From Eubacteriales bacterium (lineage in GTDB: Bacteria; Bacillota; Clostridia; Oscillospirales; CAG-272), in assembly GCA_045535915.1 (NCBI GenBank), contig JAZSMP010000347.1, positions 24,368 to 88,367 on the forward strand: DNA of 64,000 nucleotides, given 5' to 3'. Within the stretch, counting starts at the first letter, position 1. Each line of letters opens with the position of its first letter. The position numbers and the translations under genes are program-made. Under the pieces are notes generated by a model. It saw nothing but the letters and a program-made list of their open reading frames with translations, was not told the DNA's origin and did not search any database. Below are positions 56,302 to 64,000 of this stretch, one piece after another.

Positions 56302-57597
56302 TTACTCATCTTCTTCATCTTTGTTGGGAAGCTCACCGACAACAACCAAAAGCTTGGTTACGCGTATATCATCTTCCATTTCGGTGACGGTAATGGTAAG
56401 ATGTTCATAGGTGAAACTGTCTCCTACGTGGGGCTCAGATTCAAGGCTCTCGATTGCCCAGCCTCCGACTGTGGAATATTCACATTCAAAGTCCTTTGGA
56501 TTGAAGTCAAGCTCGTAGAAAAGATCTCCGATACTCATTTCACCGAGAATTTCGTATTCGTTAGCAGCCTTCTCAGTCATTTCGGAAACAATTTCATCGG
56601 ATTCGTCCCAAATATCGCCAACGATCTCTTCAAGTATATCCTCGATCGTAACTACTCCGAGTGTACCACCGAATTCGTCAATAACGATGGCCATGTGAAC
56701 CTGCTTTTCTTTAAGCATTTTTAATGCGGCGGGGAGCTTGAGAGTCTTGTGCATATAGCAGGTATCAAGAAGTATGGATTCAATATCGACCTGTTTGCCA
56801 TCAACAGCTTCTTTATAATAGAGATTAAGATGAAGGATACCGATGATATCATCTATGCTGTCACGGTATACGGGAATTCTTGAGTATGTTGATTGTCCAA
56901 TAGTATCCGCTATGTCTTCGGCATCATCATCGAGGTCTATGGTTACAAGATCAATTCTTGGGGTCATGATCTCTTCTACTGTTGTATCTGAAAATTCAAG
57001 CGATGACTGAAGCAAATCTCCCTGATCTTCATCGATTACGCCTTCTTTCTCGACGGTATCGATGATGGAAGAAAGCTCTTCTTCGGTTACATCGGGTTCC
57101 TCATCCGTTTTTGTTCCCCAAATCTTACGAAGGAGATTCATAAGAAGCATAACGATAAATACAATAGGATAGAGAAAATAAGTAAGAATCTGCAGAGGCC
57201 ATGCGGCAATCTTACAGATAAGGGTCGCGTGCTGTTTTGCAAGTATTTTGGGGATAATTTCACCGAAAATTAGTACTATAATTGTAAGTACAGCGGTAGA
57301 AACTACAGAAGCAATCGCATCACCTCCGTTGATTTCCAGGAACAGCTGCATGAAAATTGCAGTTGCGCAAGAAGATGCTGCAATATTAACAAGGTTATTA
57401 CCGATAAGTATTGTGCAAAGCGTAGTTGCAAAGTTTTCGCTTATCTGATAAGCTAATTTTGCAGCTGAAGATTTGCCTTCTTCGGCTTCTCTGCGAAGAC
57501 GCATGTTATTGACAGAGTTATACGCCGCCTCGGTACCGGAGAAGCAAGCTGATAACATCAGCATAACTACAATAATAATTGAATAAGCTAAAATCAT
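56302..57597 (-). CDS. CNNM/HlyC-CorC-family protein (DUF21 + CBS pair + CorC_HlyC domain)
   Basis: 4-TM DUF21 (GEIIPK), a CBS pair (MTPRIDLV..., SRIPVYRDSIDDIIG) and a C-terminal transporter-associated domain (GGWAIESLESEPHVGDSF...VTEMEDDIRVTKL). Confidence 0.85.
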   Translation of the reverse strand: MILAYSIIIVVMLMLSACFSGTEAAYNSVNNMRLRREAEEGKSSAAKLAYQISENFATTLCTILIGNNLVNIAASSCATAIFMQLFLEINGGDAIASVVSTAVLTIIVLIFGEIIPKILAKQHATLICKIAAWPLQILTYFLYPIVFIVMLLMNLLRKIWGTKTDEEPDVTEEELSSIIDTVEKEGVIDEDQGDLLQSSLEFSDTTVEEIMTPRIDLVTIDLDDDAEDIADTIGQSTYSRIPVYRDSIDDIIGILHLNLYYKEAVDGKQVDIESILLDTCYMHKTLKLPAALKMLKEKQVHMAIVIDEFGGTLGVVTIEDILEEIVGDIWDESDEIVSEMTEKAANEYEILGEMSIGDLFYELDFNPKDFECEYSTVGGWAIESLESEPHVGDSFTYEHLTITVTEMEDDIRVTKLLVVVGELPNKDEEDE

Positions 57598-58628
57598 TTT
57601 TCTACCTCCGAAGTCAGTTCAGAGGTAACGATATCACCTTCGTCATAAATTTCACCGACCAATTCTTCAAGAAAATCCTCAATGGTAACAAGTCCCATAA
57701 CGCGATTTTCTTCATTACGGACTATTGCCATATATTTTTTGTGATTTCTCATATTGTCGAGAAGATCATGAATCCCATCGGTTGTTTTTACATAATGAGG
57801 TTTGCTTAAAATAGAACGCAAGTCAAAATTCTTATTGACCATGTAAGCTTTGAGAAATGCGCGTGTGGATAAAATTCCGATGACCTGGTCCATGGTACCG
57901 TTAATAACAGGTATGCGCGAATAAGAATTGTTTTTAAGAAAATCAATTATTTCTTTATTTGATAGTTTTAAATCAATAGACTCGATTTTTTCACAAGGTG
58001 TCATAACTTCCGCTGCAGTTGTGTCTTCAAAATCAAGTACGGAAAGGAGAAGATCTGACTGCTCTTCGTCAACTACGCCCTGTTCCTCGGCTTTTTCTAT
58101 AATCTCAATCAAATCTTCCTCTGAGATCGAGGGGGCATTTTCACCTTTGAACAGTCTTGATACTGCAGAAGAAATGAGATTGAATAAGTATACGAGGGGT
58201 TTGAGAATGGCCATAATCATGCGAAGGATGCTTCCACTGAAACGTGCCATTGCGTCGGGTTTGTCGTTGGCAAAAGTCTTGGGCGTCATTTCCGCAAAAA
58301 TAAATACTATTACGGTTGTGACTATTGTTGTAAGAACAGTAACGGTGTCTGCGTCAATGTCGGTCAGCCATTTGGTCATGAGCAAGGTGCCGATAGAAGC
58401 TGCACCGATATTTACGATATTGTTACCGATCAAAATTGCGGTGAGTGCTTTATCGTGATTGTTTGATATATACATTGCATTCTTAGCTTTTTTATCACCG
58501 TCATCAGCGCGGGTCTTCATACGAATTTTGTTCATTCGTGCAAATGCGCTTTCGGATGCGGAGAAATAAGCACTGAAAATAATGCAAAGTACAAATAAGC
58601 CGATCAACAATAAACTGTCGCCTTCCAT
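57594..58628 (-). CDS. CNNM-family protein, short form (DUF21 + CBS pair, no CorC_HlyC domain)
   Basis: DUF21 (AEMTPKTFA) and a CBS pair (MTPCEKIESI..., SRIPVINGTMDQVIG). Ends right after the CBS pair. 4-nt overlap with the downstream paralogue. Confidence 0.85.
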   Translation of the reverse strand: MEGDSLLLIGLFVLCIIFSAYFSASESAFARMNKIRMKTRADDGDKKAKNAMYISNNHDKALTAILIGNNIVNIGAASIGTLLMTKWLTDIDADTVTVLTTIVTTVIVFIFAEMTPKTFANDKPDAMARFSGSILRMIMAILKPLVYLFNLISSAVSRLFKGENAPSISEEDLIEIIEKAEEQGVVDEEQSDLLLSVLDFEDTTAAEVMTPCEKIESIDLKLSNKEIIDFLKNNSYSRIPVINGTMDQVIGILSTRAFLKAYMVNKNFDLRSILSKPHYVKTTDGIHDLLDNMRNHKKYMAIVRNEENRVMGLVTIEDFLEELVGEIYDEGDIVTSELTSEVEK

Positions 58629-58673
58629 GGAAATAAAATGTGTCTCCTTTTCTTTTTTGAAATTTTATCATTA

Positions 58674-58702
58674 ATTATACACTAATTTTGTCATTTTGTC
58701 AA
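58674..58702 (-). promoter_or_regulatory. promoter of the tandem CNNM operon
   Basis: On the minus strand, TTGACA (58702..58697), a 17-nt spacer, then TATAAT (58679..58674). Confidence 0.6.
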
Positions 58703-58803
58703 GTGTATTGGGAAATTATATTGTAAATAGCTCGCAGTTTTACCAAAAAGGACAATTATGTTGTTCTTTTTAACAAAATACGAGCTTATGGGCGGTTTTA
58801 CAC

Positions 58804-58832
58804 TTGACTTTTTATACTTTTTGTAGTATCAT
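58804..58832 (+). promoter_or_regulatory. promoter of the murT-gatD-hisS-dipeptidase operon
   Basis: TTGACT (58804-58809), a 17-nt spacer, then TATCAT (58827-58832). Confidence 0.5.
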
Positions 58833-58864
58833 ATTATATTATAAAATAAACGGACGGTGTAAAC

Positions 58865-60238
58865 TTGAATAAAATCAGATTTTTAATTGCAATGCTTACC
58901 GCTAAGCTTGCGCTGTTTCTCTTGAAACTGATGAAGCGCACCGCTTCATATACTCCTGGTTATCTTGCCCTTAAAATTTTCCCGGATTTTCTCGGTTCAC
59001 TGCAAATGCCTGACACCGTTATTTGCGTTACCGGCACCAATGGTAAAACCACGACAAGCAACCTTCTGGCAGATACTTTAAGAGATTGCGGCTATACAGT
59101 TACTAATAATAGCGCAGGCTCTAATGTACAAGCCGGTGTAGCCACAGCTTTGCTTGCAGATTCGACCCTTTTTGGTAAACCCAAAAAGCAAATAGCCGTA
59201 CTTGAAGTAGACGAGAGAAGTTCGATTAAAGTTTATTCGTATATCTCTCCGGATTACCTTATTTGTAACAATATTATGAGAGATTCACTCAAGCGAAATG
59301 CTCATACGGATTTCATAGTATATGTTATAAATAAAGCGCTTTCTCCGTCTACTCATGTTATATTGAATGCAGACGATCTTATCTGCTGTTCGGTTGCTGA
59401 AGCCAACTGTAAAAAAACTTATTTCGGAATAGATGCCGATAAACCTGATACATGGGATGAAAATGCTCCGAGAGATATTTATTATTGTCCTGTATGCGGT
59501 AATAAGTTAGAGGCTGAGTATATAAGATATAACCATATCGGAAGATTCAAATGTTCGGGATGCAGTTATGCTTCTCCTGCCTGCGACTATGTTGTTACTG
59601 AAATAGATAAAGAAAACAGCGAATTCATGATAGAACACAGCGGTGTTCAGCACAAATACCGTTTGATCAATGATAATATTGTCAATGTTTATAATTTCTG
59701 CGGCGCGATCTCTTTGTTATCCGAATTTGGACTCTCATTTGAACAAATTTCTTCTGCGTTAATGAAGCAGAAGATCGTAAAATCGAGATTCGATACTCTG
59801 ACGGCAGGCAAACTCAATATAACTATGCAACTTGCAAAAGGTCAGAATCCGATTGCATGTGCAAGAGCATACAGTTATGTAACAAGCTGTCCCGCCGAGA
59901 AAAAATCGTTACTAATTATGGTTGATGACAAATCCGATAATAATGGAAATTCCGAAAGTGTATGCTGGATCTATGACTGCGATTACAGCGCGCTGAAAAA
60001 TGACACAGTCGGAGAAATTATATTTGCCGGTCCAAGATGCAGGGATCAAAAATTACGCGCTCTGATTGTCGGAGTTGATCCCCAAAAAATCAAAACGGTA
60101 GATACCTTCTGTGGCGGCGTTGATTTGGTAGACACTGAAAAATTTGACGATATTTTTGTTCTCTACGACCCTTATCTGTTGGCTGAAGCTAATTACACAA
60201 AAAACGAGCTCATCAGAAAAGGAGTAAAGAAAAAATGA
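58865..60238 (+). CDS. murT: Mur ligase family protein, MurT-like (lipid II isoglutaminyl synthase subunit-like)
   Basis: P-loop CVTGTNGKTTTSNLL, MurT-type Cys4 ribbon CPVCGNKL...CSGC and a DUF1727-like C-terminus (CWIYDCDY). TTG start. Confidence 0.75.
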   Translation: MNKIRFLIAMLTAKLALFLLKLMKRTASYTPGYLALKIFPDFLGSLQMPDTVICVTGTNGKTTTSNLLADTLRDCGYTVTNNSAGSNVQAGVATALLADSTLFGKPKKQIAVLEVDERSSIKVYSYISPDYLICNNIMRDSLKRNAHTDFIVYVINKALSPSTHVILNADDLICCSVAEANCKKTYFGIDADKPDTWDENAPRDIYYCPVCGNKLEAEYIRYNHIGRFKCSGCSYASPACDYVVTEIDKENSEFMIEHSGVQHKYRLINDNIVNVYNFCGAISLLSEFGLSFEQISSALMKQKIVKSRFDTLTAGKLNITMQLAKGQNPIACARAYSYVTSCPAEKKSLLIMVDDKSDNNGNSESVCWIYDCDYSALKNDTVGEIIFAGPRCRDQKLRALIVGVDPQKIKTVDTFCGGVDLVDTEKFDDIFVLYDPYLLAEANYTKNELIRKGVKKK

Positions 60239-60945
60239 TAATAGAAGTACTGTTTAGCGAGATTTGTAATCTCTATGGCGACCCTCAGAATGTTGAATAT
60301 CTGGCTCAAACTCTGCCTGATGCTACTATAATTCACACATCATTGGATTCAGAACCGTATTTTGTCAACAACCGCCCCGATATGATTATCATGGGTTCAA
60401 TGAGCGATAACATGCTTCCTAACGTTATTGACAAGCTCAGACAATATCTTTGCAGGATAGACGACTTGGTCTATGATAAAGTGGTTTTTTTAGCCACAGG
60501 AAGTGCTTTTGAAGTGTTTTGCGGCACCATTGAGAATGTTACTCTTGAGACAAAAATCAGCGGACTGCATAAATGTCCTTTTGATGTTAAAATAAACTGG
60601 TTTGACAGATATAACGGTAAGATTATCGGTAAATTCAATGATTTGACGATCACAGGTTTCAGATCTCAATTCTCTATGCTATACGGGGATAATTCAAAAG
60701 ATGGGTTTGTGCAGGTTGAACGAGGAATAGGTATCAATCGCGAAAGTAAAATCGAAGGTTACAGAAGTAATAATTTCTTTGGAACTCATATACTTGGACC
60801 GATACTTCCGCTCAATCCCGAATTCTGCGAATACTTGATCTCGCTTACCGGAGAAAACGCGATCGCCGCTTTCAAGGAAGAGGCAATGGATGCATATCAT
60901 CAGAGAGTTAAAGAATTCTCGGATCCTAAAATTAAATTTGACTAA
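60235..60945 (+). CDS. GatD-like CobB/CobQ-type amidotransferase-fold protein with non-canonical active-site residues
   Basis: ATGA overlap with murT. Family landmarks MIIMGS, ITGFRSQ and FFGTHILGPILPLNPEF are present. The expected CGG(Y/F)Q elbow reads ATGSAF, and GTY(L/I)HG reads GTHILG. Confidence 0.65.
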   Translation: MIIEVLFSEICNLYGDPQNVEYLAQTLPDATIIHTSLDSEPYFVNNRPDMIIMGSMSDNMLPNVIDKLRQYLCRIDDLVYDKVVFLATGSAFEVFCGTIENVTLETKISGLHKCPFDVKINWFDRYNGKIIGKFNDLTITGFRSQFSMLYGDNSKDGFVQVERGIGINRESKIEGYRSNNFFGTHILGPILPLNPEFCEYLISLTGENAIAAFKEEAMDAYHQRVKEFSDPKIKFD

Positions 60946-60966
60946 TTACTGAAAAGAGGTATAAAC

Positions 60967-62193
60967 ATGAAACTCATTAAAACGCCGACCAAAGGAATGA
61001 ACGACTATCTTCCTTCCGAGGTAGCACTTCGTGAATATGTAAAAAATGTTATAATAAGCTCTTACGCTTCAGACGGTTTCTGCATGATCGAAACCCCCGC
61101 TGTTGAGCATATTGAAAATCTCACAGGTAAAAACGGCGGCGAAAACGAGAAACTAATCTTCAAGATCATGAAAAGAGGAGAGAAGCTTGCGAACGCTTCT
61201 TCTGAAGATGATCTTTGCGACAGCGGTCTCAGATACGACCTGACTGTTCCGCTTTCAAGATATTATGCAAATAATTCCGCTAAACTTCCTTCTCCTTTCC
61301 TTGCTATGCAGATCGGCAACGTATGGCGTGCAGACCGTCCTCAGAAGGGAAGATACAGACAGTTTACACAGTGCGATATCGACATCCTCGGCGATTCCAC
61401 ACAGACTGCAGAGATCACTCTTATCTCGTCCACCGCAGGCGTTCTCCGCAAGCTTGGATTTGATAATTTCACTATCAGGATCAATGACAGAAGAATGCTA
61501 AAGCTTTGTGCAGAAGCATGCGGATTTGCTCCGGAAGAACACGATAAAGTTTTTATCATTCTCGATAAAATGGATAAGATAGGTCTTGACGGTGTTAAGA
61601 ACGAACTCTTGTCAGAAGGCTATGATGAAAGCAACGTCAACAAATACATTGAGCTTTATAGGGATTGTGACACTGTTGCTGTGGAAGATTTCGCTTCAAC
61701 TCTTGGTGATGCCGGTGCAAAGATAGCTTCCGATCTTTCTACTATTATGAGATGCGCTTCTGCAGCTACAGTAGGAGGATGTAAACTTGCATTCGATCCC
61801 ACGCTTGTACGCGGAATGTCGTACTATACCGGAACAATTTTTGAAATAAGAATGGACGGCTACGGTTATTCTGTCGGCGGCGGCGGAAGATATGACGAAA
61901 TGCTCGGTAAGTTTATGGGTCAGAAGGTTCCTGCTTGCGGATTTTCACTTGGATTTGAGCGAATCGTTTCTGCTCTTGCAGATTCCGGTTTTGTCCCGCC
62001 CGCGGCAAAGAGATCCGTTGCTTTCCTTGCGTCTAAAAACATGAGCGAAGAGAACATGCTGAAGATGTATTCAGATGCAGCAGCATTGCGAGCTGATGGT
62101 GTAAGGGTTCTTGTTACCGCGAAGATGAAAAATGTGTATTTCCAAAAAACAAAGCTCACAGAAGAAGGATATACCGAATTCGTTGAGTATTGA
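60967..62193 (+). CDS. hisS: histidine--tRNA ligase (archaeal/eukaryote-like type)
   Basis: GMNDYLP, LRYDLTVPLSRY, motif 2 RPQKGRYRQFTQCDIDILG, His-specific RGMSYYTG and GGGRYD, and a short anticodon-binding domain. Confidence 0.8.
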   Translation: MKLIKTPTKGMNDYLPSEVALREYVKNVIISSYASDGFCMIETPAVEHIENLTGKNGGENEKLIFKIMKRGEKLANASSEDDLCDSGLRYDLTVPLSRYYANNSAKLPSPFLAMQIGNVWRADRPQKGRYRQFTQCDIDILGDSTQTAEITLISSTAGVLRKLGFDNFTIRINDRRMLKLCAEACGFAPEEHDKVFIILDKMDKIGLDGVKNELLSEGYDESNVNKYIELYRDCDTVAVEDFASTLGDAGAKIASDLSTIMRCASAATVGGCKLAFDPTLVRGMSYYTGTIFEIRMDGYGYSVGGGGRYDEMLGKFMGQKVPACGFSLGFERIVSALADSGFVPPAAKRSVAFLASKNMSEENMLKMYSDAAALRADGVRVLVTAKMKNVYFQKTKLTEEGYTEFVEY

Positions 62194-62207
62194 TTTTGAG
62201 GTGACTC

Positions 62208-63140
62208 ATGTTTGTTGTTGATTCACATTGTGACAGTATAGCTTATGTTGACAGCGGAAAATATCCGCTCGTAAATCCGCATAATTTCAGCACTAAATAT
62301 CAACAGCTTCAGTTTGTTGCAATGTTTTGCATCGCCAAAGATGGTGATATAAACGAAGCATATAAACGAACTGTCAGATATATCGGTCAATTTGCTATTT
62401 CAATGCAGAAAGAATCCGATAAGATCATGCAAGTTAAGAGCTTCAATGACATTGAAAATGCCTTCAAGAGCGGCAAACACGCTGCGTTGCTTGCTATCGA
62501 GGGAGGATCGGGCATAAAAGCTTCACCCGAAATACTTGAAGATTTTTATACTTTTGGAGTTCGCATAATGGGACTTTCATGGCTTTCAAATGAACTTGCC
62601 AAAAGCAATAGAATAGCATTTGATGAAGAAGATACCGGCCTGACAGATATCGGTCGCTCTATTGTACATAAGGGCAACGAGCTTGGAATGATTTTTGATG
62701 TATCACATCTTTCTGATAAGAGTTTCTGGGACCTTGCTGAAATATCAAAAAAGCCTATTATAGCATCTCATTCAAATTTCAGATCATTATGTTCGCACAG
62801 CAGAAATCTGACAGACGATATGGCTCGCTTCATTGTTGAGCACGACGGCATGATCGGATTGAATATGTATCCCGAATTTATTGACGAATATGAAGCAAAG
62901 CAAACTGTAGACAGATACTTCGATCATCTTGATTACTGTATTGACAAATTCGGCTCGGACAATATAGGCTTTGGTGGAGATATAGATGGAACAAGCGGAA
63001 TGTATCCCTCTCCGATTACAGAAGAAACCTCCATTCACGATCAGTTTATTGATGCGATGATGAAGAGAGGATATTCCGACACGATTATCGAAAAGTTTGC
63101 CGGCGGAAACTACTTAAACTTCTTACGTAAATATTTATGA
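62208..63140 (+). CDS. M19-family membrane dipeptidase
   Basis: N-terminal VVDSHCDS metal site, plus IEGG, DVSHLS, ASHSN and GGDIDG motifs. GAGGTG RBS. Confidence 0.9.
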   Translation: MFVVDSHCDSIAYVDSGKYPLVNPHNFSTKYQQLQFVAMFCIAKDGDINEAYKRTVRYIGQFAISMQKESDKIMQVKSFNDIENAFKSGKHAALLAIEGGSGIKASPEILEDFYTFGVRIMGLSWLSNELAKSNRIAFDEEDTGLTDIGRSIVHKGNELGMIFDVSHLSDKSFWDLAEISKKPIIASHSNFRSLCSHSRNLTDDMARFIVEHDGMIGLNMYPEFIDEYEAKQTVDRYFDHLDYCIDKFGSDNIGFGGDIDGTSGMYPSPITEETSIHDQFIDAMMKRGYSDTIIEKFAGGNYLNFLRKYL

Positions 63141-63142
63141 CA

Positions 63143-63174
63143 AATAAAGCTGCCCAACTCAGGGCAGCTTTATT
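63143..63174. terminator. bidirectional terminator (dipeptidase / LbH gene)
   Basis: AATAAAGCTGCCC-aactca-GGGCAGCTTTATT. The right arm overlaps the 3' end of the LbH CDS. Confidence 0.8.
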
Positions 63175-63857
63175 GCTTCTATATTATCTGAAGATTTCAT
63201 TATCGAATTCGGAGGAATTACGCCGCGCACTGAGTTGAGCGGATAAATTCTTGTTCCCGCCATAATAACGGTACCGGGATTTAAAACACATCCGCATCCC
63301 ACTTCAACTTTATCGGCTAATATCGCTCCCATCTTTGAAAGACCTGTGTTGATACTTTCTCCGAACTTGACGGTTATAATACCTTTATCTTGTTTTTGAT
63401 TTGAGCATACAGCACCGGCACCCAGATGAGCATAATTACCCAAAACAGAGTCTCCCACATAATTGTAATGAGGTGTTTGGACAAAGTCAAACAAAACGGA
63501 ATTTTTAACTTCTGTTGAATTTCCGATAACGCAATTTTTGCCCGTGATTACATTCCCTCTGATATAAGCGCCGGGTCTTATTTCGCAATCCGATCCAATA
63601 ATTGTTGGGCCAATAATCTCAGCTTTTTCTGAAACATAAGTGCCTTTACCAATCCAAACTCCATCAGAGTATTCGGTAAAACCCATATCAAACAAACGAG
63701 GTATAAGATCAATAATATATTTATTTATTCTCGGTAAAGACTCCCAGGGAAAAGTTGTGTTAACAAACAGATCATCCAAAACAGAAGGAATGCTTTTAAA
63801 TATATTTTCTGTATATAAGCTTATAGTATTAATTGTTGTACTCATCTCACAGACCAC
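63159..63857 (-). CDS. left-handed beta-helix protein resembling the GlmU C-terminal acetyltransferase domain
   Basis: Hexapeptide repeats, with HYNYVGDSVLGNYAHLGAGAVCSN...VEVGCGCVLNPGTVIMAGTRI similar to GlmU HLSYIGDA.IG...NIGAGTITCNYDG. Start is uncertain: GTG 63857 or ATG 63845. Confidence 0.6.
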   Translation of the reverse strand: MVCEMSTTINTISLYTENIFKSIPSVLDDLFVNTTFPWESLPRINKYIIDLIPRLFDMGFTEYSDGVWIGKGTYVSEKAEIIGPTIIGSDCEIRPGAYIRGNVITGKNCVIGNSTEVKNSVLFDFVQTPHYNYVGDSVLGNYAHLGAGAVCSNQKQDKGIITVKFGESINTGLSKMGAILADKVEVGCGCVLNPGTVIMAGTRIYPLNSVRGVIPPNSIMKSSDNIEAIKLP

Positions 63858-64000
63858 TTTCTCTAATTTGATTTTTCAGATATTCCATATATTTATGGCA
63901 GGTATCGGCAGAAGAAGATTCGATCATAATTCTGATCACGGGTTCAGTTCCGCTGGGGCGAAGAATTACTCTTCCGTTTGCCGCAAGTTCATTTTCAACA
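63847..64000 (-). CDS. glmM: phosphoglucosamine mutase, C-terminal end (rest lies right of the window)
   Basis: My translation of the minus strand gives VENELAANGRVILRPSGTEPVIRIMIESSSADTCHKYMEYLKNQIRESGL-stop. GRV.LRPSGTEP.IR.M.E is the conserved GlmM C-terminus. Too short to appear in the ORF track. Confidence 0.75.
   Translation of the reverse strand, partial: VENELAANGRVILRPSGTEPVIRIMIESSSADTCHKYMEYLKNQIRESGL

Noticed and set aside
57928-58458. 176-aa plus-strand ORF (and 56275..56724) inside the CNNM genes
   Set aside because: Both are antisense to genes with clear DUF21/CBS architecture and give serine-rich, low-complexity translations.
58629-58864. 236-nt divergent intergenic region checked for an Mg2+ (M-box) or other riboswitch, and 60946..60966 checked for a T-box before hisS
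   Set aside because: The two back-to-back promoters leave leaders of only about 30-45 nt, and the gap before hisS is 21 nt. Both are far too short for these elements, and no conserved riboswitch cores were seen.
1-64000. Whole-window scan for CRISPR repeats, IS elements or inverted terminal repeats, integrases, phage or conjugation genes, and long direct repeats
   Set aside because: Nothing was found by eye. The only long-range similarity seen is at protein level: the MBL paralogues, the PF12831-like paralogues and the CNNM paralogues. A computational repeat search (self dot-plot) would be needed to be certain.

Overview
This 64-kb window looks like chromosome from a low/mid-GC Gram-positive anaerobe, probably Clostridia-like. 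That placement is an inference from AddAB, a class B sortase, a Re-citrate-synthase/aconitase/IDH operon, GGAGG ribosome-binding sites and TTGACA-17-TATAAT promoters. I call 58 protein-coding genes (two cut by the window edges) and one tRNA-Thr(GGT) with its own promoter and terminator. I also call 11 sigma-A-type promoters and 12 hairpin terminators; every one of the 8 convergent gene junctions carries a single perfect bidirectional hairpin. I saw no rRNA, CRISPR array, transposase, integrase, phage or plasmid genes, reverse transcriptase, or recognisable toxin-antitoxin or defence cassette. Most of the content is housekeeping: dxs, ldh, glpK, ylxM-ffh-rpsP-KH, trmK-nif3, lgt, rnhA, addAB, htrA plus a two-component system, srtB, hisS and glmM. 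I found no clear-cut new system; all function calls rest on motif recognition by eye, and no searches were run. The most promising leads are listed here. (1) A murT/gatD-like operon at 58.9-63.1 kb. The GatD partner appears to lack the canonical glutaminase Cys and His, and it is co-transcribed with an archaeal/eukaryote-type hisS and an M19 dipeptidase. (2) A tightly packed accessory block at 12.5-22.8 kb. It contains a membrane-anchored beta-propeller-like protein, a ComEC-type MBL protein with a secreted paralogue at 47.9 kb, and a CN-hydrolase-GDPD fusion. It also holds two PF12831-like flavoproteins and a secreted barnase-family RNase with all catalytic residues but no barstar gene. (3) An lgt gene translationally coupled to a CPBP-family membrane protein. 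(4) An RlmD-type rRNA methyltransferase fused to an ASCH domain.
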